Shown here piece after piece: positions 18,233 through 25,485 of a stretch of DNA of 27,675 bases (position 1 is the first letter of the stretch; each line of letters opens with the position of its first letter). The notes below the pieces were generated by a model. It worked only from the letters and a program-made list of their open reading frames with translations, was not told the DNA's origin and did not search any database. The translations under genes were made by a program, and so were the position numbers. This DNA comes from Verrucomicrobiota bacterium (GTDB taxonomy: Bacteria > Verrucomicrobiota > Verrucomicrobiia > Chthoniobacterales > UBA6821), in contig WBXG01000020.1 of NCBI GenBank assembly GCA_008932965.1, positions 1-27,675 of the forward strand, read 5' to 3'.

Positions 18233-19479
18233 TGTTCTTGCCAGCTTAGTATATTCCGCCCAAGGGAGTCTCCCATGATAACAATAATATGATGTGAAAT
18301 GCCATGATAGGTTCCTGTGCTATTGATGCGTCGAATAACGTTACTAGCAGCAGAAAAATAATTAAGTAAAAGTTGTTTTTGAAGCCCTGAGACCCCCATG
18401 AGTTGAGCAGCTTGATTAATATCATTAAAAATTAAATCATCTTCCGTTCCTGAGATGCCATCGGGACCTGCTGTTAATTTCACAAAAGCTTCAGTCTGCT
18501 CGGGAGTTAATCCAAGGAGATCAGTAAACATATCAGGACTACAAAAGTTGATATTAATTTTTCCTGGATTGAAGGTGGAAAAAAAGTGTTTCCATTTCGG
18601 GTTTGCCTTCATCACAGGAGCAAAACCAATGACCATGCCCATTTCACGCGTATCGAGGAAAGGAGTATTAGGGGGATATCCCTCAAGGCCTATTTTTTCA
18701 TATTCAGAGCGCTTAGCTCCATGCTCTGAACGAAGTTCAGTAGGGCTTTGCCAATCAATGAGCCCGTCAATGGCTACCTCTTGATCTTTTTGAGGAACAC
18801 CCCATTTTTCAAAGAGTCGTTGAAAAATAATACGATCTGATTTTGCAAGCCAAATATTGGGATTAATAAAACCTGCTTCATTATTGAGTTGAACAGAAAA
18901 ACTTTCTCCCTCTTTGTCTGAGGGGTCACCTTGAATCAATGCTGGGTCATTAGCCTTGATGCCAGGATTCATTCCAATGGCCAGTCCACTCAGTGCTAAT
19001 TGGCGGGCATGAAAGGAACGTTGAGCGTGGCTTTCTTCCTCAAGCCAGCTATTAATACTACCTGCAGCAAGAATGATCAGCCCTGCTAGAAAAGCTATTG
19101 CCCAAAGAACCATCGGAAGAGCAAATCCTTGTGAGCTCGAGCGAGATAGGGGAACTATGTTCCTCTTTCTCGTCTTTAGGGCTAGCCCGCCTATTTCATA
19201 CCGATTCTGTTGCGGCTTGCGAACACCTGATGGATACTGCGTCAGCTTCGAATTGCTCCTCGGGCAGTATGAAACATACAGCCGTTGCCGCAATCCATCA
19301 CCTTCCTTCTCTGCATCAGGATTCGCGGCGCCTCGCGACGAACCAGTATGAAATATGCGGGCTAGTTGACATTTATCTAAAACTAATAGGGGCATCGATA
19401 AAAATAACTCTATTTTCCCACAATGCAAATTACGAGATTTTTTAGGTAAGAGATTCAAAGATTGATAGCCTGACTCCAA
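18229..19479 (-). CDS. gspK: Type II secretion minor pseudopilin GspK-like protein; start uncertain (19113, 19395 or 19479)
   Basis: Prepilin-like hydrophobic N-terminus QGFALPMVLWAIAFLAGLIIL. T2SSK-type core (IDGLIDWQSP....HGAKRSEY....GYPPNTPF..TREM..V.GF), then KININFCSPDMFTDLLGLTPEQ. There is no ATG/GTG/TTG between 19113 and 19395. The region 19182-19365 is a repeat element read through in frame. Confidence 0.75.
   Translation of the reverse strand: MESGYQSLNLLPKKSRNLHCGKIELFLSMPLLVLDKCQLARIFHTGSSRGAANPDAEKEGDGLRQRLYVSYCPRSNSKLTQYPSGVRKPQQNRYEIGGLALKTRKRNIVPLSRSSSQGFALPMVLWAIAFLAGLIILAAGSINSWLEEESHAQRSFHARQLALSGLAIGMNPGIKANDPALIQGDPSDKEGESFSVQLNNEAGFINPNIWLAKSDRIIFQRLFEKWGVPQKDQEVAIDGLIDWQSPTELRSEHGAKRSEYEKIGLEGYPPNTPFLDTREMGMVIGFAPVMKANPKWKHFFSTFNPGKININFCSPDMFTDLLGLTPEQTEAFVKLTAGPDGISGTEDDLIFNDINQAAQLMGVSGLQKQLLLNYFSAASNVIRRINSTGTYHGISHHIIVIMGDSLGRNILSWQEQ
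19182..19365. mobile_element. GC-rich MITE-like palindromic element, copy B (16-bp TIRs plus CTAG duplication)
   Basis: CTAG|CCCGCCTATTTCATAC (19182-19201) and GTATGAAATATGCGGG|CTAG (19346-19365); the TIRs match at 15/16 positions. The interior looks like two diverged ~75-79-bp direct sub-repeats, each ending CAGTATGAAA(C/T)AT (19265-19277, 19344-19356). Related to 1461-1665. Confidence 0.6.
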
Positions 19480-19541
19480 ATTTTATATGAAATAGGCACT
19501 TTATGGTTGATGAGTAGTCTCTTTTTCTGACTAGTCGAAAT

Positions 19542-19575
19542 GAAAGGAGTTGCTATGATGCGGCGCTTCTCATGA
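19542..19575 (+). promoter_or_regulatory. Possible upstream mini-ORF (MMRRFS) with Shine-Dalgarno, stop overlapping the murC/B start (ATGA)
   Basis: GAAAGGAG at 19542-19549. ATG at 19555, six codons, TGA at 19573-19575 overlapping the murC/B ATG at 19572-19574. The murC/B start itself has no SD. Confidence 0.25.
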
Positions 19576-22151
19576 CATGTTTTTCAACCGCCATTTCTAG
19601 TTCGCAAGAAAATATCCAAGAGCTTTCTGCTTTTTTGTTGGGTGGCGTTTCCTATGAAATTCATCTTATCGGGGTTGCTGGTTCTGGTATGAGTGGATTA
19701 GCAGGTTTGCTTTTGTCAATAGGACATCGCGTTTCTGGATCCGATCGGGTGACCAGTGAGGAGGTGGAACGCTTATGCACAAGAGGGTTGAAATTTTTTA
19801 TGGGCCATCGCAGTGAGGATGCTGCAAGTGCAGATGTGATTGTCTATTCATCAGCGATTCGTGCTGGAAATCCCACTTTTGATAGAGCTTTAGAATTAGG
19901 AAAAAGGCTCGTCCGACGTGCTGAAGTCCTCTCGGCTTTGATGATTGGAAAAAAAGGAATCGTGATTTCCGGAATGCACGGAAAGACCACCACATCCTCC
20001 CTTGCAGCTCATGTCTTTGGAACAGCCGGGCTGAATCCTTCGCATTATGTGGGAGCCGAAATTCCTATTTTAGGAACGAATGCTCGTTGGAGTGCCGAAG
20101 GAGACTATTTTATTGCTGAGGGAGATGAAAGTGATGGAACGCTGGTCCATTACGAACCAGAACATGCTGTTATTCTCAACATCGAACCAGAACATCTCGA
20201 TTTTTACAAAAACATAGAAGCTATTGATGCTGTCTATCAAAGATTAATTGATCAGACAAAAGGCTCTCTCTTTTATTGGGCTGAAGATCCCGGTGCCAAG
20301 CGTCTTTGCGCGGGTCATCCTTGTGCTATTGCTGTGGGTGTGACCCTCGAGTGTACGTATCGCTATGAAAGCCTCAAGCAGGAAAATGGAAGTTCATCCT
20401 TCGTGGTAATTGCAAAAAACCGACCATTGGGTCGTCTGGAGCTCTCTATTCCTGGTGCTCACAATGTAAGTAATGCCATGATAGTGATCGCTCTTGCATT
20501 AGAGCTCGGTGTTCCTTTTGATAAGATTGTTGAAGCCCTCAAAGAGTTTCGTGGAGCTAAAAGGCGTTTTGAGCTCAAGTACAAAAATGAACATCTTACT
20601 GTGGTCGATGATTATGGGCATCATCCCACTGAAATTGCTGCAACTCTGGCTACGGCACGTTCTCAATTGAACAAAAAAGGGAGACTCTTTGTTTTATTTC
20701 AACCCCATCGTTATTCACGGACAGTTGCTTTTGAAAAAGAATTTGGAAAGGTCCTTTTGGATGCAGATACCGTTTTCGTGACTGATATTTACCCTGCAAG
20801 TGAAGAGGCAATTCCTGGTGTGAGTGGAGAGAGTATTGTGAAGAGAGCCCAGGAACTGGGGCATAGCTCTATTTTTTACGAGCCCCAACTCGAGGGACTT
20901 CGTAGCAAATTTTTTCAACAACTCAAGCCAGATGACCTTCTTCTCTCACTGGGAGCTGGAAATATTCATGAAGAGACAGCCCGCCTCGTAGAAGACTTAA
21001 AAAAAAGAGATTACCTTCTCTCCATAATGGGAGCAGGACGTATCAGTCTCTATGAGCCCCTTTCTGCCCACACTACGATGCGTGTTGGTGGCCCTGCTCA
21101 GTTTTGGGCAGAACCAGAAACCGAAGAGGGATTTGCAGCTCTTGTAAAAATATGTATGGAAGAAAACATACCCCTCATGGTTATGGGCAGAGGATCTAAT
21201 CTCCTAGTGAGGGATGGGGGTATACCCGGTGTTGTCGTGCACCTTGCTAAAGGTTCCTTCGCTCATTACACCGTTGAGGGAGAGACAATTCATGCAGGAG
21301 TTGGTGTCAAATTAAAACAACTCACTGCAGCAGCGCGTCAGATCAACCTCTCTGGATTTGAATGGATGGAGGGAATTCCAGGTAATGTAGGAGGGGCTCT
21401 TCGCATGAATGCTGGTGCTATGGGAGATCAGATGTTTGACCAAGTGCTAGCCTTTCGTTATGTCACCCAAAAAGGGGAAATCAAAGAGTGGAACATCCAT
21501 CAAGCAGAACCCTTCTTTGGAATCCATTATCGTGATATTCCTTTTTTTAAAACTCACTATGCACTCTCAGCTCTTTTAAAAGGAACTCCTGCACCAAAAA
21601 TTCAAATAGACACCATCATGGAGGCTTCCAAAAAACACCGCCGTGAGACGCAGCCGATTGCGGCAAGTGCTGGATGTACCTTCAAAAATCCACCTTTAAA
21701 TTCTACTGTGGCAGCAAAGAGCAGCGTTGCCTCGGTGCTCACCTCGTCGAGTATGTCCTTATACACTCCTCGTTTGCGCGCCGATGCGCCTTGCTCTTCA
21801 TCAGCCACAGCGAATTTAAAGGTGGATTTTACAAATACGAATTCGAACACTACTGTGGCAGCAAAGAGCAGCGTTGGACCCACTGCTCCTAGCGAAGTGT
21901 CGTTACAACACAATAAAACTATTTCTGCAGGTCGTCTTATTGAAGAATTAGGATTAAAAAATCATACTGTTGGAAAAGCTCGTGTCTCTGAGGTTCACGG
22001 AAACTTTATTGTTAATGATGGTGGGGCCACTGCCAACGAGGTTCTTCAACTTATTGATGAAATTAAGAGTGTTGCATGGAAGAAGCGTGGAATGCTCCTA
22101 GAAACAGAAGTTCAGATTGTTGGGGTGGATAAACCTAAATTTCAACATTGA
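19572..22151 (+). CDS. murC: Fused UDP-N-acetylmuramate--L-alanine ligase / UDP-N-acetylenolpyruvoylglucosamine reductase (MurC-MurB)
   Basis: MurC part: IHLIGVAGSGMSGLA, ISGMHGKTTT, DDYGHHPTEI. Junction near aa 478-490 (about nt 21005-21040). MurB part: LSAHTTMRVGGPA, MGRGSNLL, GCTFKNP, SAGRLIE, HGNFIVN. One continuous 859-aa frame. Confidence 0.92.
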   Translation: MTCFSTAISSSQENIQELSAFLLGGVSYEIHLIGVAGSGMSGLAGLLLSIGHRVSGSDRVTSEEVERLCTRGLKFFMGHRSEDAASADVIVYSSAIRAGNPTFDRALELGKRLVRRAEVLSALMIGKKGIVISGMHGKTTTSSLAAHVFGTAGLNPSHYVGAEIPILGTNARWSAEGDYFIAEGDESDGTLVHYEPEHAVILNIEPEHLDFYKNIEAIDAVYQRLIDQTKGSLFYWAEDPGAKRLCAGHPCAIAVGVTLECTYRYESLKQENGSSSFVVIAKNRPLGRLELSIPGAHNVSNAMIVIALALELGVPFDKIVEALKEFRGAKRRFELKYKNEHLTVVDDYGHHPTEIAATLATARSQLNKKGRLFVLFQPHRYSRTVAFEKEFGKVLLDADTVFVTDIYPASEEAIPGVSGESIVKRAQELGHSSIFYEPQLEGLRSKFFQQLKPDDLLLSLGAGNIHEETARLVEDLKKRDYLLSIMGAGRISLYEPLSAHTTMRVGGPAQFWAEPETEEGFAALVKICMEENIPLMVMGRGSNLLVRDGGIPGVVVHLAKGSFAHYTVEGETIHAGVGVKLKQLTAAARQINLSGFEWMEGIPGNVGGALRMNAGAMGDQMFDQVLAFRYVTQKGEIKEWNIHQAEPFFGIHYRDIPFFKTHYALSALLKGTPAPKIQIDTIMEASKKHRRETQPIAASAGCTFKNPPLNSTVAAKSSVASVLTSSSMSLYTPRLRADAPCSSSATANLKVDFTNTNSNTTVAAKSSVGPTAPSEVSLQHNKTISAGRLIEELGLKNHTVGKARVSEVHGNFIVNDGGATANEVLQLIDEIKSVAWKKRGMLLETEVQIVGVDKPKFQH
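21685..21876. repeat. In-frame direct plus inverted duplication inside the MurB-coding part (147-bp insertion)
   Basis: 27-bp perfect direct repeat CTACTGTGGCAGCAAAGAGCAGCGTTG at 21703-21729 and 21850-21876 (offset 147 = 49 codons). 19-bp perfect inverted repeat AAAATCCACCTTTAAATTC (21685-21703) / GAATTTAAAGGTGGATTTT (21812-21830). Confidence 0.85.
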
Positions 22152-22287
22152 GAATGGCAATCATGCACCCTACGTTCTGAGATCTAGTGTTATCTTTGGA
22201 TAGTGCTTCGATCTGCAACCTTGTTCTAAGAAAAAATTGCAGTACTTCACTTTTGAATATGCGGGTTAAAATAAATACAATCAAAAT

Positions 22288-23205
22288 ATGAACCTCTCTC
22301 TATTAAAAAAACATACGATTGCTGTTCTCATGGGTGGACCTGGTGGGGAGCGAGAGGTTTCAATTGCCTCTGGAACAGCTGTTGCACGAGCATTACGAGG
22401 AGCTGGTTTTTCAGTGATCAACTGCGATATTAAAGATCGCAATGTGGAGCTTCCTCAAGAAGTCACTTTTGTCATGAATATGATTCATGGTACCTTTGGT
22501 GAGGATGGGGAATTACAAGCGCTCCTAGAAAAGAAAGGAATTCCCTATAGCGGAGCAGGAGTGAAGGCAAGCCAGTTAGCAATTAATAAGATCAAATCAA
22601 AAAAACGTTTTTTGGAAGCTGGTATTCCAACAGCACCTTTTGAAATCTTGCATGAGGGAGAACACCCCTCCCTCCTAGTCCCTTATGTGATCAAGGCCCC
22701 CCAAGAGGGCTCGACTCTCGGTCTTTATATTATTCATGAGAATGATCCAGAAAAAATTAACAACTCACTTCATGGAGCATTTGAGTTTGGGAATGAAATC
22801 CTTGTTGAGGAATTCGTTTTAGGCAGGGAATTGACTGTGGGTATTTTAGGAGATGATGTATTGCCTGTTATTGAAATTAAAGCTAAGGACGGAGTGTATG
22901 ATTTTAAAAACAAATATACTGTTGGAGGTAGTGAGCACCTGATTCCGGCTCCTCTGGATCCCGTGCTAACAGAAAAAATAAAGAATATTGCACTTGCCGC
23001 CCATCATGCATTAGGTATCGAGGTCTATTCACGAGTCGATATTATTTTGGGCAATGATGGAAAAATGGTAGTGCTAGAGGTCAATACAATTCCAGGAATG
23101 ACAGAGACGAGTCTGCTGCCCGATGCAGCAGCTGTATTCGGACTCGATTTTCTAGCATTATGTATTAGGATTATGGAACTTTCTCTTGCATGCCCTCGTC
23201 AGTAA
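22288..23205 (+). CDS. ddl: D-alanine--D-alanine ligase
   Basis: N-terminal IAVLMGGPGGEREVSIASG. ATP-grasp motifs (VIKAPQEGSTLG, EVNTIPGMTETS). 305 aa. dcw-cluster position. Confidence 0.93.
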   Translation: MNLSLLKKHTIAVLMGGPGGEREVSIASGTAVARALRGAGFSVINCDIKDRNVELPQEVTFVMNMIHGTFGEDGELQALLEKKGIPYSGAGVKASQLAINKIKSKKRFLEAGIPTAPFEILHEGEHPSLLVPYVIKAPQEGSTLGLYIIHENDPEKINNSLHGAFEFGNEILVEEFVLGRELTVGILGDDVLPVIEIKAKDGVYDFKNKYTVGGSEHLIPAPLDPVLTEKIKNIALAAHHALGIEVYSRVDIILGNDGKMVVLEVNTIPGMTETSLLPDAAAVFGLDFLALCIRIMELSLACPRQ

Positions 23206-23221
23206 AAAATAGTCTAAGTTC

Positions 23222-24175
23222 ATGATCGTTCGCCGCTCCAATACCAATAATCGTCGCCTGCGGGCTAAAAAAAATTCAGAAGCCCATCAGCTTTTAGAAC
23301 TTAGGGTACGTCGTGATTCCGTGAAACATCAACGTACAAAAAAAATGAACACGGCCTTGATTAAGGTCGCTTTTCTTGGAGTGCTCGTGATTGTTTCTCT
23401 CCTAGGAGGAAGAGCCCTTCTTGATAAATTCTTCTTTAAAAATCCTGACTATAATGTTCAACATCTCGAAGCTTCACTCGATGGAGTCATGACAGTTGAG
23501 GAGTTGCAACTAATGACCGGATTACATCAAGGGGCTAATATTTTTTTGGTTGATTTAAGCGCTGCAGAAAAAGTGCTCAATGATGTTGCAGAGGTTAAAA
23601 AAGCACATGTGGAGCGTCTTCTACCTAATACCATTCAGATTTCTTTGGAACGACGTACTCCCATTTTTCGTTTGGTCTCCTCTCCAGAGGAGGCTTTTGC
23701 TCCCGGTCAAAGCTTCGTGATTGATCAGGATGGAATGGTGATGGTTCCAAAAAAATTGGAGGCCTCCCTCCTAGAGCTTCCCTTGGTTGAAGGCATTGAT
23801 ATTTCTCATCTTGTTGCTGGGAAACAATTGCAAGATGAGAGATTTTCATTTGCAGTTACCCTCTGGAATATTCTTTCTAACTCTAAAAATTCTGAACTCA
23901 TCACGATTCGTTCTCTTGATCTTTCTCGTGACTATTGTGCTGTGATTACAGATGCCACGCATGCACGTTTTATTTTTGGAGAAGGGAATTTACCTGCACA
24001 GCAAGAGCGTCTTCAAAAACTCCTTGCCCACTGCCAGGAAATGGGTCGGCAGGTTGAAACTGCCAATCTCATTTTAGAACATAATACTCCAGTAACGTTC
24101 CGATCGAATAGTGAAGTGCATTTCTCTAAAACAGCTCTCTTGACGACTGCAAGTAAAACGCCACATGCTCACTAG
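23222..24175 (+). CDS. ftsQ: Cell division protein FtsQ (POTRA domain)
   Basis: Basic cytoplasmic N-terminus, one TM (ALIKVAFLGVLVIVSLLGG), and a POTRA-like segment (V.HLEASLDGVMTVEEL......NIFLVDL...EKVL......K.AHVERLLPNTIQISL.ER.P). Lies between ddl and ftsA. Confidence 0.8.
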   Translation: MIVRRSNTNNRRLRAKKNSEAHQLLELRVRRDSVKHQRTKKMNTALIKVAFLGVLVIVSLLGGRALLDKFFFKNPDYNVQHLEASLDGVMTVEELQLMTGLHQGANIFLVDLSAAEKVLNDVAEVKKAHVERLLPNTIQISLERRTPIFRLVSSPEEAFAPGQSFVIDQDGMVMVPKKLEASLLELPLVEGIDISHLVAGKQLQDERFSFAVTLWNILSNSKNSELITIRSLDLSRDYCAVITDATHARFIFGEGNLPAQQERLQKLLAHCQEMGRQVETANLILEHNTPVTFRSNSEVHFSKTALLTTASKTPHAH

Positions 24176-24257
24176 TGGTACCTGAAAAATGAATTAGAGC
24201 TAAAAAATGCTCTCTATGAATTTCAAAAATAGCTTCTTTAAAAGTGGATTCTAAGTT

Positions 24258-25475
24258 ATGTCACGCGAACAACTCTTTGTCGGTCTTGAGATCGGTACTA
24301 CAAAAATTTGTGTCATTGTTGCAGAGGGATTGCCTGATGGTTCAATCCATATCTTAGGTGTAGGAGAAACTCCTTCACGTGGAGTACGCAAAGGTGAGAT
24401 TATTGATTTTGCAAGCGTTACTGAATGTGTACGCGAAGCTATTATTGATGCTGAGGAAAAAAGCAATGTTGAGATTCGTAGTGTTTGGGTTGCTTTGTCA
24501 GGTGGTCATTTGCAAAGTTTTAACAATCGTGGAACTTGGATTCTTCCTGAAGATCATGATGCTATTAATCAAGAGGATCTTCGCATGGTTGAGATGAATG
24601 CGAAGGAGGTCACTCTTCCTTCTGCAAATGCTTTTCTTCACACAATTATTCAAAACTACCATGTGGATGGAAATCGTAATGTCATTGATCCTGAGGGGAT
24701 GATTGCATCTCGTTTGGAAGCCGATTTTCATATTGTTCATGGAATTAAAAATCGCATTCAAAATACGCTGCGCTGCTTGGAGTCATTAAAATTAGATGTA
24801 GAAGATATCGTGATGAATTCCCTAGCATCAGCCCAAGTTGTTTTGACCCAACAGCAAAAAGATCTTGGAGCCCTTGTCATTGATATTGGGGGAGGAACGA
24901 CCGATTTCCTTGTCTACATTGATGGAGCCGTGAGGCACAGTGGGGTCTTGGCCCTTGGTGGAGATCATATTACTAATGATATTTCTATTGGGCTGAGGTT
25001 ACCTATTGTCCGCTCAGAGCTTTTAAAAATTGAAGAGGGCTCAGCATTCCTTTCTGGGGAGCAGGGAGAAGAAAAAATTCATCTTAAAAATGATACTGGG
25101 TTCTCAGGCTGTGAAATCGATCGTAATGCACTCAATACGATTATTCATGCACGTGTGAATGAGCTCATGCAGTTGCTTCGTCGTGAGGTGGAACGCGGCT
25201 GCCATTTGGATTTACTTGGTGCTGGTATTATGTTAACAGGCGGTTGCTCGAAATTACGTGGGATCAAAAAACTAACAGAAGAGGTTTTTAAATTACCTGT
25301 TTCTGTTCCTCTCTCAAGCCACGTTTCTGGCCCCACCTCAACATTTGAAAACCCTGAATTTTCCACAGCTATTGGTCTGACTAAATATGCCAATGCTGTT
25401 TACAGTGAAACCCCTGAGGAGAATTTCTTTTCCAAAATCACTGGGGCTCTTGGTGGTCTTTTTGGAAGGAGGTAG
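24258..25475 (+). CDS. ftsA: Cell division protein FtsA
   Basis: Actin-fold motifs VGLEIGTTKICVIV, VIDIGGGTTD and GIMLTGGCSKLRGI. C-terminal amphipathic tail. 405 aa. Confidence 0.93.
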   Translation: MSREQLFVGLEIGTTKICVIVAEGLPDGSIHILGVGETPSRGVRKGEIIDFASVTECVREAIIDAEEKSNVEIRSVWVALSGGHLQSFNNRGTWILPEDHDAINQEDLRMVEMNAKEVTLPSANAFLHTIIQNYHVDGNRNVIDPEGMIASRLEADFHIVHGIKNRIQNTLRCLESLKLDVEDIVMNSLASAQVVLTQQQKDLGALVIDIGGGTTDFLVYIDGAVRHSGVLALGGDHITNDISIGLRLPIVRSELLKIEEGSAFLSGEQGEEKIHLKNDTGFSGCEIDRNALNTIIHARVNELMQLLRREVERGCHLDLLGAGIMLTGGCSKLRGIKKLTEEVFKLPVSVPLSSHVSGPTSTFENPEFSTAIGLTKYANAVYSETPEENFFSKITGALGGLFGRR

Positions 25476-25485
25476 TAACGGTTTT

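Noticed and set aside
19073-19445. Two overlapping plus-strand ORFs (92 and 115 aa) opposite the gspK-like 5' region
   Set aside because: They owe their openness to the GC-rich repeat element and are antisense to a gene. They have no start context and their frames disagree with the copy at 1461-1665.
19486-19497. Solo TIR-like 12-mer TATGAAATAGGC (identical to part of the copy-B TIR); a similar GAATATGCGGG occurs at 22255-22265
   Set aside because: They may be remnants of further element copies or a shared binding site. However, 11-12 nt in AT-rich intergenic DNA, with no second end or GC-rich interior, cannot be supported from this window alone.
21693-21920. Intein or mini-intein in MurB
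   Set aside because: The extra segment is only about 49-76 aa. It lacks the Cys/Ser/Thr N-junction and the HN-Cys/Ser/Thr C-junction. Local DNA duplication explains it.
25387-25485. N-terminal 33-codon extension of the 702-aa ORF overlapping the ftsA 3' end
   Set aside because: ATG at 25486 has an SD (GGAAGGAGG) at correct spacing and starts a typical hydrophobic signal sequence. The upstream part lies wholly inside ftsA.
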